A DNA stretch of 63,417 nt, the filler included, from Aduncisulcus paluster (lineage: Eukaryota): assembly GCA_024181965.1 (NCBI GenBank). It is 9 parts of 9 records of this genome, joined end to end, with 100 filler letters (N's around TTAATTAATTAA, not from the genome) between each part and the next. Parts side by side here need not be neighbours in the genome. Positions count along the whole stretch, not along the records: positions 24,098 to 38,398 come from BQXS01010088.1; positions 38,499 to 46,495 come from BQXS01010089.1; 7 more parts are not named here. The stretch is one strand, 5' to 3'. A program made the translations under genes and the position numbers. This document shows positions 35,301-46,100 of the stretch, piece by piece; positions within the stretch are counted from its first letter, which is position 1; each line of letters opens with the position of its first letter. Below the pieces are notes generated by a model, which saw only the letters and a list, made by a program, of their open reading frames with translations, was not told the DNA's origin and ran no database searches.

Positions 35301-35364
35301 GAACAAACTCAGGTTCCACAGTTTGAATAACAGCATCTGTGGATGAACTTTCAGTTGAACTCAT
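32357..35364 (-). CDS. Ser/Thr protein kinase (same family as 5879-7520) with two N-terminal copies of a ~160-aa domain I do not recognise. Split by the duplicated gap at 33742
   Basis: IGSGGFGEV, CVLKKM, MEFCVGGS, HRDVKPDN, DLG, CGTLVYNSYE, DGYSLG. The 543-aa and 390-aa ORFs overlap through the duplicated segment. Confidence 0.88.
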
Positions 35365-36148
35365 TTGAATAGCGATAGAATATCTTATCTAAAAAATAAA
35401 AATAAGCAGAATAATAATAGTATTTGTGAACAAATGGAATAATTGCGAATTTCAAGGAGAACGGTCCGAGAAACAAAGACAAAACGAACAAGAAACGACC
35501 ACAGCACAATATAGTTAGTATAATTGAATGAATCCAATTAAAACATGTCTTAATATACATTTAATAAAAGATGTGACATATAGTAAACATACAATTTGCT
35601 TGTTTGCCAAGAAACCGAAAAAATGGAGGTCTGAACAAGCAACCCTTCAATAGATAAGATTGGAAAAATTAAAAAAACACATATAAACGAGTTAAATGTC
35701 GATAAATGATAAAAACATGTTTTGTTTTCATTTCCATGTTTATTCTCGATATCTCAGGCTTTTGGAGACCCATCAGGACTGGATATAGTTCCATTTCACG
35801 TGTTAAGAACATTTATGAACGATTTCAATGCTATTCAATAACATGGATATATTTCCATTTCCTTTCTATCCTTATCCTTGCCTATCTGTTCATTTTCACT
35901 TGCTTTTGCTTACAATCAAAAATATCAAGAACTCGGAATACGATGGTATACATGTGTCTGTATTCTGCTACGAATCTAATCCCCTGATGCTTCATGGAAC
36001 ACGACATTTCACCGAAGTCAAATCCAATTCCAACTCCAACTCCAACGCTCCAATGCCAGATCCTGATCATTCTATACATTTAATACTGAGATTTGTGCTA
36101 TTTCACCCTAGATTGACAATGCGACAATCATGGAAAGTGATTTCGTAG

Positions 36149-36348
36149 GTTTTTGAATTTGCAGTTGGAATGGGTATGGTTATCAGTGTTTGGGATGAAG
36201 CCTTTCTTACATTAAGTATTGGTGAAAGAGTCACGATTGTAATCAAATCAATCCTGATTATGTTTATGGTGCCCGTGGAGCTGGCGATTCTATTCCACCT
36301 GATTCCACTCTCATATTTGATGTTGAATTATTAGGAATCAAGAAATAA
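36149..36348 (+). pseudogene. FKBP-type peptidyl-prolyl isomerase, C-terminal half, frameshifted
   Basis: Manual translation gives VFEFAVGMGMVISVWDEAFLTLSIGERVTIVI / NPDYVYGARGAGDSIPPDSTLIFDVELLGIKK*. A 5-bp duplication (AATCA AATCA, 36241-36250) breaks the frame. Confidence 0.8.
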
Positions 36349-36618
36349 CGCCTGAAAAGAACAAACGAATTGATTTTATTGGTTTTTAGATATATTTTCT
36401 CTTGCTCAGAAATCAAAGTTCTCAAACCCCATTTGTGAATCTCTTTCCGGGACAATACATTGAATGCGTTGCATTCGACTTCCGTTTCCAACTCATAGGC
36501 CCTATGACACAGGGATTTTGTCCAACAATCTAGAATAAAGACCCCAGAAATAAAAACAGGCACTTTTTTTTGATTCTTCACACAATATTAGCTTTTCACA
36601 CCATTTCTTGCAGTTGAA

Positions 36619-37767
36619 TTATTTCCATGGAAGTAGAGATAATCGTTCAGCTGCAATGGTTTTCCTTGTTTCCTCTGACATAGTAAATACAAGGGAGTGG
36701 ATGCAGAAATATCGATTATTATTCCCCAACCACCTTCCTTTCCCTTCAATCTCACACGATACAACGTTATACAATTCAATAGGAAGGAAGTGCCATTCAT
36801 ATTTATGTTCAGGTTGTGTGAATTCATACTTTTTGTTTATCTTCTTACCATCACAATCAGTGAAAGTGAAGAGAAGAGAGGGTGAACTATGATCCTTATG
36901 AACACATAAATAAGCACCTTTCATATGACTAGGTGATGGGAAAGGGATAGAAAGATGGGATAACCATACATCACATTCCCCTTTTAACATTCTTTGTGCA
37001 TCTGAACTCTGATCATAATACACAGATTCCTTACAAAACGCATCATCTTTACACTTAACCATTGAGAATAAAGGATCTACAAGCTTTGGATCATCTCGTG
37101 GAATAGGAAGAGATTTTCTACCTTTAGATTCTTCATCTCCTTCTTTAACAAACTCTGGTTTCACAATTTGAGTAGACCATATTTTCTTTCTGTCTTCACG
37201 AACTTTGATTTCTTCAAGAATTTCATCTCTAATGAACACAAGGGATTCGATTTCAAAATACCTGCTATATCTTCCTTTCCCTGTAATCTCACACAGAACA
37301 ACATCAGGGAGATCAACAGGAAGGAAATACCAACGCCAACCATCAAATTCTGGAAATCTGTATTTCTTGGATGTTTTATCACCCTTTGAAGATGTGAGAG
37401 TGAAAATAAGGTGTGATGGAGGTTCAGATAAAAAATGAAGAGAACCACATAGACAGATATAAGCCCCTTTCATTGGGGAAGACGAAGAGAAAGGAATGGA
37501 GATATGGGTAAAATTTCCAGCATTGACCTCTCCTTTCATCATATTTTGTGCATTATAACTCTGATCGTACTCTTCATCTCCTACTTCCTTGGTTCCATCT
37601 ATTGCTTTGATAGTTGGAAATGCTGCGCCCTTAATATTGGGGGCATCTCTAGGAATTGGACAGTAATTGCAATGTCCTTCATGAAAACACTCAGGTTCCA
37701 CAATTTGAATAACAGAATCTGTGTCTCCTACATGAAGACACTGAGGAACACTTTCAGTTGAACCCAT
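36619..37767 (-). CDS. Kinase-less paralog consisting only of the two tandem ~160-aa domains
   Basis: Aligns by eye with residues 1-355 of the 35364 kinase (VIQ.VEPE, CPIP.D.PNIK, FTHISIPFSSSS.MKG.YICL, WYFLPVDLPDVVLCEITGKG, SLVF). Confidence 0.85.
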   Translation of the reverse strand: MGSTESVPQCLHVGDTDSVIQIVEPECFHEGHCNYCPIPRDAPNIKGAAFPTIKAIDGTKEVGDEEYDQSYNAQNMMKGEVNAGNFTHISIPFSSSSPMKGAYICLCGSLHFLSEPPSHLIFTLTSSKGDKTSKKYRFPEFDGWRWYFLPVDLPDVVLCEITGKGRYSRYFEIESLVFIRDEILEEIKVREDRKKIWSTQIVKPEFVKEGDEESKGRKSLPIPRDDPKLVDPLFSMVKCKDDAFCKESVYYDQSSDAQRMLKGECDVWLSHLSIPFPSPSHMKGAYLCVHKDHSSPSLLFTFTDCDGKKINKKYEFTQPEHKYEWHFLPIELYNVVSCEIEGKGRWLGNNNRYFCIHSLVFTMSEETRKTIAAERLSLLPWK

Positions 37768-38250
37768 TTGAATAGAGATAGAATTTCTAATCTAAAAAAT
37801 AAAAACAAGCAGAATAATGAATGAATCCGGTTAAAATATTTCTTAATATACATTTAATAAAAGATGTGACATATAGTAAACATACAATTTGCTTGTTTGC
37901 CAAGAAACCGAAAAAATGAAGAACTGAACAAGCAACTCTTCAATAGATAAGATTGGAAATTTAAAAAACACATATAAACGATTTCAATGCCGATAAATGA
38001 TAAAAACATGTTTTATTTTCATTTCCATGTTTATTCTCGATAGCTCAGGCTTTTGGAGAACCCTCAGGACTGGATATAGTTCTATTTTACGTGTTAAGAA
38101 CATATAAACGATTTCAATGCCGATAAATGATAAAAACATGTTTTATTTTCATTTCCATGTTTATTCTCGATAGCTCAGGCTTTTGGAGAACCCTCAGGAC
38201 TGGATATAGTTCTATTTTACGTGTTAAGAACATTTATGAACGATTTCAAT
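37768..38250. repeat. Duplicated upstream (putative promoter) region, matching 35365-35830
   Basis: Near-identical blocks such as CATTTAATAAAAGATGTGACATATAGTAAACATACAATTTGCTTGTTTGCCAAGAAACCG occur at both loci. Confidence 0.9.
37971..38230. repeat. Direct tandem duplication, 2 x 130 nt
   Basis: CATATAAACGATTTCAATGCCGATAAATG...GTGTTAAGAA starts at both 37971 and 38101. Confidence 0.92.
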
Positions 38251-38599
38251 GTCATTCACTGGAAATAAAAAATAATTTTGATTTGAGACTCTCAATAAAT
38301 ACTCGGAGTATTTATTTTTTAATTATTTCAATACACCCTGGTTCTTCAAAATACTTACCGTTTCATCATTCATCATCCATCTTACAGCCTCTAACCTGNN
38401 NNNNNNNNNNNNNNNNNNNNNNNNNNNNNNNNNNNNNNNNNNTTAATTAATTAANNNNNNNNNNNNNNNNNNNNNNNNNNNNNNNNNNNNNNNNNNNNTT
38501 GAATTAGTGATCACTGATCAATGTCAATATTAATCTATTAACTGTTGTTAATTTAACTCAATAACTACCGACTGATTGTGTATAAGCAGAAATAAATAA

Positions 38600-41110
38600 T
38601 TATCTTTTGTATCCAGGCATTTTAAACATGATTCGAACTCTTAAAACCTTTCTCTCAAAGACTGAGCGACTCCTCTTCCTATCCCATGGACTCTTAACGA
38701 TACTAAAAATTAAATCGGAATACTGAGGATCTCTTGTTGTTATCCTGATCAATTCTGTCCCATCTTGACTAAGTCCATGCTTGTCTTCACGTTGAACGAT
38801 AGGAATGTTCTCCTTGCTTGGGAGTAGATTCGGATATAACACTGTGAGAGTGTATCCTTTCACAATACGGGGAGGGGGATGTGCAGAGTCATAGTGAGTA
38901 CGAGAATACTGATTCCAAACATACCCCGATATTACAGAGGAGAAGAATCTAGGTTGGAAAAGTCTACGTTGAACACATTTCATATACATCGCAGGTGCTG
39001 GTTCATCGGTAGGTTCTTTGAGCGCAGAAGAAGAGGGAGAGGAAGCAGAAGAAGAGGGAGAGGAAGAGGAAGAGGAAGAATGGGGAATGGATTGTTTTTG
39101 TTTTCGGGCTTTAATTGTAAAACAATCAGAACTAATGGGCGTTTGAGGTTCTTTCTTACCAGAACTTGTAGTAAAATGAGCGGATGTGATCCGTCTTTCT
39201 TTGATATAATTTTCAGCGAATATGGTTTTCTCTCCTTCGAATTCAACATCTCCTTGGGTTACGTGGATATCTTCATCCGGGACCATTTTTTCTTTCTTCA
39301 TCTCTTCTTTCAAAAGCTCAAGGACCTCAGGCCTTTCGTCAATCACTATATCTTGATGAAGAATATCTCGATCAACTTCCTGGACAAGACCACCGGCTTG
39401 AATCCCATCAATAATACACGGATTACACAGTTCTTGAGCATAATCATCCTTGCCTTGGGAAGAGGAAGAATGACGTTTGCTACCACCCACACTGGTGCTA
39501 TTAAAAGATGAAGATGAGAAAGAAGAAGATGTTGAAGAGTGTCTCCTTTTTGATGTTCCATCACCATACTTATCAGATCCAACAGATGATAGAACTTCTT
39601 TTCCAAATTCAAGGATAATATCATCCTCTAATGGTTCGAATTCTTCATAATCGTCATATTCAGACGAAGACTGGGAAGATGATGTGGCTCCATCACGTTC
39701 TTTGTCTGGGCTTCCTTCGCTTTTTCTCTCACCTGACTTCTGATGGCTTGCACTTCTCCTCTCTCGTATCCTTCTTAACCGCTCTTGAAGGATATTACTC
39801 CACTCACTCTCACAGTCCTTCATTAACGACATGGATCCTGCTCGCTTCATCCTTTCTGAAAGAATATCGAGTTCTTCGCAACACTGATCCAGTTCTGGAG
39901 GATTGGGGACATCAATGACGGCTTTAGAACGGCGAGAAACGGATCGTTGTTGCTTTTTTTTGTGGGATTTCTTTAATTTTCTCTTCTTTTTGCGTACTAT
40001 GGCCTCGAAATCTCTTTTCTGTTGGAATAATTTGAGAATATATTTTCTAATTATAAATTGACAAGAAAACCAGTTTGACATTGCTTGTATGACCAATGAT
40101 CGTAATTGNNNNNNNNNNNNNNNNNNNNTATCGAGTTCTTCGCAACACTGATCCAGTTCTGGAGGATTGGGGACATCAATGACGGCTTTAGAACGGCGAG
40201 AAACGGATCGTTGTTGCTTTTTTTTGTGGGATTTCTTTAATTTTCTCTTCTTTTTGCGTACTATGGCCTCGAAATCTCTTTTCTGTTGGAATAATTTGAG
40301 AATATATTTTCTAATTATAAATTGACAAGAAAACCAGTTTGACATTGCTTGTATGACCAATGATCGTAATTGGGCGAAATATCTTTTGAGTTCACTCGGA
40401 ATAAAATACTTTATAAACTGAGGATAGTATTTTTTTGAAGGCGAAGAAGACAATGGCAAAGAAGTTTCCTCGACATTGGCTGAAGGATTACGTTTTATAT
40501 CTTTTAAGAGTTGTTTAAGCATATAGAGGTAGTCATCTGCCTCGAAATACACACAAGAATGACTACGTCGCTTCGAAGATGATTTCGCTACTGCCTTGGT
40601 TGGAGGTTTTAATATCACAGCAATTTCCTTTTCAAATAATAATTTTCCATTTTCATAGCCATATTTCTTCCACATTATGCATAATCTTCCAATACAATCC
40701 CAAATAGTATGTATGGGTTCATCAATCACGGGTAAAAGGGCAACTATCGAACTAATAAGATCATCAATTGCTTTTTCTGATAACCGAATTAACTCATAAA
40801 TGATATGAGGGATATAAGATTCTTTAAAATTGCCATCTTGTTGATGATATCGCATGGCTTCTTTCCAATATAAGAAAACAAAATCAATTGGTGAACATAT
40901 ATCGGAAATAGAATTATCATATGAAAATAAAAGGCCTGTAGGTCGTTTTGACGGCTTTAATAAAGAAGAAATAATAAGGGATTCGTCACAGCATAACAAT
41001 CCAGCCAATTGCCATATTTGGGCTCTAAATGAAGGTTTTTTGTGCTCAAATTGGACCACCGTATGTCTTAATGCGTTAATTACATGCCCAAATGTTATAT
41101 CAAGATTCAT
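38600..41110 (-). CDS. CACTIN: Cactin (spliceosome-associated), with a duplicated segment at the 40109 gap
   Basis: The C-terminal QPRFFSSVISGYVWNQYSRTHYDSAHPPPRIVKGYTLTVLYPNL...YSDLIFSIVKSPWD...FER matches the cactin C-terminal domain. Confidence 0.88.
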   Translation of the reverse strand: MNLDITFGHVINALRHTVVQFEHKKPSFRAQIWQLAGLLCCDESLIISSLLKPSKRPTGLLFSYDNSISDICSPIDFVFLYWKEAMRYHQQDGNFKESYIPHIIYELIRLSEKAIDDLISSIVALLPVIDEPIHTIWDCIGRLCIMWKKYGYENGKLLFEKEIAVILKPPTKAVAKSSSKRRSHSCVYFEADDYLYMLKQLLKDIKRNPSANVEETSLPLSSSPSKKYYPQFIKYFIPSELKRYFAQLRSLVIQAMSNWFSCQFIIRKYILKLFQQKRDFEAIVRKKKRKLKKSHKKKQQRSVSRRSKAVIDVPNPPELDQCCEELDXXXXXXXQLRSLVIQAMSNWFSCQFIIRKYILKLFQQKRDFEAIVRKKKRKLKKSHKKKQQRSVSRRSKAVIDVPNPPELDQCCEELDILSERMKRAGSMSLMKDCESEWSNILQERLRRIRERRSASHQKSGERKSEGSPDKERDGATSSSQSSSEYDDYEEFEPLEDDIILEFGKEVLSSVGSDKYGDGTSKRRHSSTSSSFSSSSFNSTSVGGSKRHSSSSQGKDDYAQELCNPCIIDGIQAGGLVQEVDRDILHQDIVIDERPEVLELLKEEMKKEKMVPDEDIHVTQGDVEFEGEKTIFAENYIKERRITSAHFTTSSGKKEPQTPISSDCFTIKARKQKQSIPHSSSSSSSPSSSASSPSSSALKEPTDEPAPAMYMKCVQRRLFQPRFFSSVISGYVWNQYSRTHYDSAHPPPRIVKGYTLTVLYPNLLPSKENIPIVQREDKHGLSQDGTELIRITTRDPQYSDLIFSIVKSPWDRKRSRSVFERKVLRVRIMFKMPGYKR

Positions 41111-41227
41111 ATGACAAGAAAATGGTGCTTTTATGGATTCGAGTTGATCATTCGATTTATTTCTATTAAAAGTATAAAAAAATTGAAATATGTTAAGTTT
41201 TATGAAATTTTTAAGTTGTTATATCAA

Positions 41228-41506
41228 TCATTCTTTCTTTTGAATCGGATGAATTGTTTGGAAGAGCTCCCAAAGCTCGGAATATTCTTTTTGAAATTGT
41301 TTTTTAACATCTTCATCCATATCCTTATATATTGACCTCCAAATGGGACTTTCATCTTTAATACATTCAGGGTTTGATTGAATCATTCTCTCAACCCTAC
41401 CTCCAAGTCCAACTTCAGCTAAAGCATCCGTCAGCTCTGAAAGTAATGAATCAATAGTTAATTTGGGATCTTTATCATGCTCTAATTCTTCATGACTCTT
41501 TTCCAT
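41228..41506 (-). CDS. Small hypothetical protein, possibly the last exon of a longer gene
   Basis: A 92-aa ORF with protein-like composition. No family recognised. Confidence 0.4.
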   Translation of the reverse strand: MEKSHEELEHDKDPKLTIDSLLSELTDALAEVGLGGRVERMIQSNPECIKDESPIWRSIYKDMDEDVKKQFQKEYSELWELFQTIHPIQKKE

Positions 41507-41826
41507 CCTCCCAAAACAACGGGGAAATGATTACGGCTGCTCCGCTTTCTCATCATGACAATAACTGTTCTTTTCTCAATAATTCTTCATACGTGTTATT
41601 GATAACATCATTAAATTCAATCCAAGATAATTTGTATGATGTGAGAGTGACTCACTCATTGAGCTTGGAACGATATCTCGAGTTGCTAAAATAGATCGAC
41701 TTTAATACGAATATAAAAAATAATAATTGTGAGTTTCGATTTCAAAATGCTCAATTTTTCTTTTTTCTTTTGAAATTGATTCTAGAATCATTTTCTTGTT
41801 GTTCATGTCAAAGGTTTGCCAACAAA

Positions 41827-42450
41827 ATGCCTTACGAACCAACTGTTAAAGCTCCCAATCCTACTATTCAAGCTATTTTTGATCGTCAAAGCTGCAGATG
41901 TTTTGCTCCTGATGAAGTAGAGGATGAGACTATCAAAGTCCTTGCTGAGTGTGCTCAGTCTGCTCCTTCTGCCTGTAATATGCAAAACATCAACATTTTT
42001 GTTCTTAAAGGCGTTGAAAAGGTTGCTGAATTTGGTCTTGGAATCGAAGAATTGATCGTCGAAGAATTGCCTTTCATGAAGGGTATTGCTATGTCTAAAG
42101 AGAAAATGGGACTCAAATCTTTTGTTTTCTACGATGCTCCTGTTGCTTACATCATGACTGGTAATGTTTGTGATGAAAAGGCCTGTGTTTACCTTGAATC
42201 TGACTGTGGTCATTACGCCCAGAGTATTATGATCGGTGCCAAGTCTCTTGGTCTCGATTCCATCTGTGTCGGATGCACTAGAGGTCCCAAGACTTCTGTT
42301 GCTGTTCTGGAATACTTGAAGAAGAACTTCCCTTCATTCCCTTGGGAGGAGAAGGGAGAGCAACGTCTTCTTCTCAGTGTCGGTGTTGGTAAGGCTAAGG
42401 TGATGAAAGCTAAGCCTTCCCGTAAGCCCGCTATTTATTTCGCTGAATAA
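41827..42450 (+). CDS. FMN-dependent nitroreductase family protein
   Basis: IFDRQSCRCF, APSACNMQN, APV, DCGHYAQSIMIGAKSLGLDSICVG. Likely ATG at 41827. Confidence 0.92.
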   Translation: MPYEPTVKAPNPTIQAIFDRQSCRCFAPDEVEDETIKVLAECAQSAPSACNMQNINIFVLKGVEKVAEFGLGIEELIVEELPFMKGIAMSKEKMGLKSFVFYDAPVAYIMTGNVCDEKACVYLESDCGHYAQSIMIGAKSLGLDSICVGCTRGPKTSVAVLEYLKKNFPSFPWEEKGEQRLLLSVGVGKAKVMKAKPSRKPAIYFAE

Positions 42451-43147
42451 TTCACTACTTTTCATTTCTGTGAACTGTGAGATTTTATCTTGTACCTTAC
42501 TCGTTTATTCGCCGAATGAATAAATTATAACAGCAAATATTTTATAAATTAGAATATATTTAATAGGAGCCTCATCGGTATGTGACAAAAATGCAAAATA
42601 AATCTTAAAATAAAAATACTCATTATTAACTTAATATTAACCGAATTTATTGATTATATTACTACTATCAATTGTTTAATTCCCTAAATTAGAAGGGATA
42701 AGATGGAAAAATTCCACAAATAAGGAGGATTTGCCAAAATTCTGGAATTTTGGATTGCACATAAGCTAGCTCCACGAAAGAGTGTTAGACACATAAAGAT
42801 TCTTGAAAAGAAAATAAACCAAAGAAATTGAAAAAAATTACTTAAGGGTTGAAAAAAATAAGAGTTTATAATCGCCAAAGTAATTGAAAAGGAAAATTAA
42901 TGGTTCAACTTTAGGATGCGTGTTATCAATATGGAGATTAAGAATAAAAGATAAGATGAAAGATTCGTTTCAAATAAAGAAAAAATAACATGGAAAAAAT
43001 GTGAAAATCACCTCGGAAAATATCATAAACTCTAAAAACTAAGAATGGGTCTGATAATTTTGAATAATTAATTAAACACACTAGCCCAAATGCCTTACAT
43101 GTGCAGATCCATTTTGGAAAAAAAATGTTAAAATAAGTCAAATTGTT

Positions 43148-46100
43148 TCAAACCGCTCCAATTGCTCCTCCGAACATTTCCATTTGGTGTATTGCATCAT
43201 CCAAAGAATAATAATGTATGATTCCACTTCTAGGCTTTGTGGTTACACTTTGAATATCCACCTCATCACCCAATATAATAGGTGCCCATTCACTGAGATG
43301 TCCAATACACCTGAGGAACACATCTTCAAACACATAAACAACCACGCCATCCACATCCTCAGAACATGGGGGAGCCCCCATAAGCTGTTTGAGTCCGATT
43401 GCACTACCTGAGAATACAGGTGGGGGTGAAGGAACACTGGAATCATCATTCATGGAGAACTTGATGGTGGATGCATCGCCATCGTCTGAGCACGAAAACC
43501 AGTCTTCATATGACTCAAGGGATCGACACGACATTGTCCCATCCATTTGATAACAGAACACAGGGCCAACGCTGTCCACTCTAAATATACCGCCATTGAT
43601 TGGAATAATCATACTCGCACTGATTTCATCCAGACAGAGCTGAACAATTGAGTTGGCCTGAATGACTCGGATAGCATCCAAAGACACACTGTCATCAGCA
43701 AGGATATTCATAGATGAACGTGCAATCGGGACAGAAATGAACGGTTGCCGACCAAACAAACTTCCCCCAGCCATCCGATACCAAGACTTTTCAAAGAACA
43801 TAGGCCATGAATCCAGGCGAGGGATGTTGATTGGATCACTATACGAAGGGATTGAGACAGAAAGACAATCATTGGGGTCATCAGAAGCACATTCCTCACA
43901 AGAATCCCCCGAGAAGAACTCATAGCATTGACATACCCTTTCAGATGTCTCAGTGTCGTCAACACATTCACCTTTGGAATGACAATCACAAGCATCCACA
44001 TTACACTCATCCCCTGACCATCCTTTCTTACAAGCACACACAAGAGTTCCAGCATCTTCCCCATCAACACATTCCATGTGGTCATTCGAGTCAACACATC
44101 CACACAACACATTCTCACAGCTTGTCCCTGACCATCCGTCAAGACATTTGCACACATCAACGTTTGACGAGGAATCATAGATACACGATCCATGGTCAGA
44201 ACAGATTGTGTCAGACCCACATAGTCCATTGAGCGATGAACAATAACTCTCATCGCTCCATCCAGGATCACATTCACATGCACTGACACCTGTATCACTC
44301 AACACACACGTTCCATGCTCACCACAAGAAGCAACAGGATCACCATCAGTCGAGGTCACAATAGGACATCCAACAGCGCCACAATCATCCTCATTCCATC
44401 CAATCTCACATGCACATTCATGATGGGTATAATCGACCATGATACATTGACCATTCGTGGAACCAGAACAAGGATTCATAGGATCTCCACATGAATATTC
44501 TTCACACTGATCACCACTATACCCAGAATCACAGAGACACTTGTTCGACCCAACGCATGTGCCATTTGAGCCACAGTAATCTTCATCGTCACACATGGGC
44601 AGACAATCTGAGCTTGAAGCATTCAGAACATATCCATAAGCACAAGAAGTGCAGTGATACTCGCCAGAAGAATCCTTTTCACATGACCCTACACCTGAAC
44701 AAAGCGTATCATTCTCATCCCTTGAGCATGTTTGAGATGGACAATTCTCTCCACCATACCCTTGGTTACACTCACAGTATGACGATGTGTCTGACAATTG
44801 AACACATGAGCCCGATCCATTGCAGAAACCATACAAGCTATCCATGGAACATTGGTCCTCAGAACAATTTGTTCCACCCCATCCGAGTTCACACTCACAA
44901 GAGTGAGAGAGTGTGTTGCATGAACCCTGGGAAGGATCCATTTCGGAACCACACTTATCCTCACTATTATCACTTCCAACGATCACTGGACATTCAGATG
45001 TGCACGTAGAACCGTACCAACCATCCATACACACGCATTCAATGGATGATGATGGTGAGGAGGAGGAAGAGGAGGAGGAGGAATATGAAGAATCATAGGA
45101 TGAAATGTCAACACATTCCATGTTGGTGTTATTGTTTACACATGATGCGCAGTACAATATGAGTGATTCCACATCTTCATCTTCGGATTCAAACTCGATG
45201 CAAGAAAATCCATCATCATTGGATGGATCCTTCACTCTGTACGAATACTCAGAACAAGTGACCTGATATTGATATTCATCAGTTCCTTGTCCATCATACG
45301 ATGTGCTGCTGCATGTCTTGTTCATGGTGAGAGAGAACTCCGAGGAGCAATCACACGTCTCCTGTTGATCTGACAAATCGTACATTTGGTCCACACCATC
45401 TGCACACAACACATTGGTGAAATGCTCAGAGAAGAACAAGGCCTCGGCATCATCGAGCTCACACATCTTGTTATCACGAAGATCAAGAGAGCACAACGAT
45501 TCATCGAGCTCATAAAGGGCGGTAGGATCTCTGATGGAATTGCTTGTCGCATACAGTTGCACAAGATGAGTGATTCCATATTCAACGATTGGACATAGCG
45601 AGGAAATATCAGAATTATCACTGATGTCAAGAAGAGTGAGGGAATCATTCGACGCAGATAAATCAGGGATTGAGGACAACCCACACTCATTGATCCTTAG
45701 TTCAACAAGGGATGAGAACTGAGTCAAAGTAGCAATGGAATCTGAAATGGGAATTCCTCCAAGATCAAAGTATTGAAGAGAGGGTGCAAGACCAATAATA
45801 TTATCCAAAGATTCTCCAAGAAAACTACAACCATGCAAATCCAATTCTTTGAGGTTTTTTGTCAGTGTACCTAAAGATGCAACGTCAACCAACGACGAAC
45901 TATTTGAGAAATCAATGGATTGAACATTTATAGCATGTTGCATTCCATAGAGGTTTGAAAGAGTAGTGGTGTTTGGTAATGAAATGGACCCTTGGAGATG
46001 TTTTAATGATGCGATACCGAACGTGGTGCTAGTACAATCCTCGCTATCCATTATGCCCAAAAGATAAGCGTGCAATGTATCATCAATGACTACATCATAA

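Noticed and set aside
34300-37767. Diversity-generating retroelement template/variable repeat pair
   Set aside because: There is no reverse transcriptase, both copies are coding, and the differences include indels and are not evidently adenine-restricted. This is ordinary paralog divergence.
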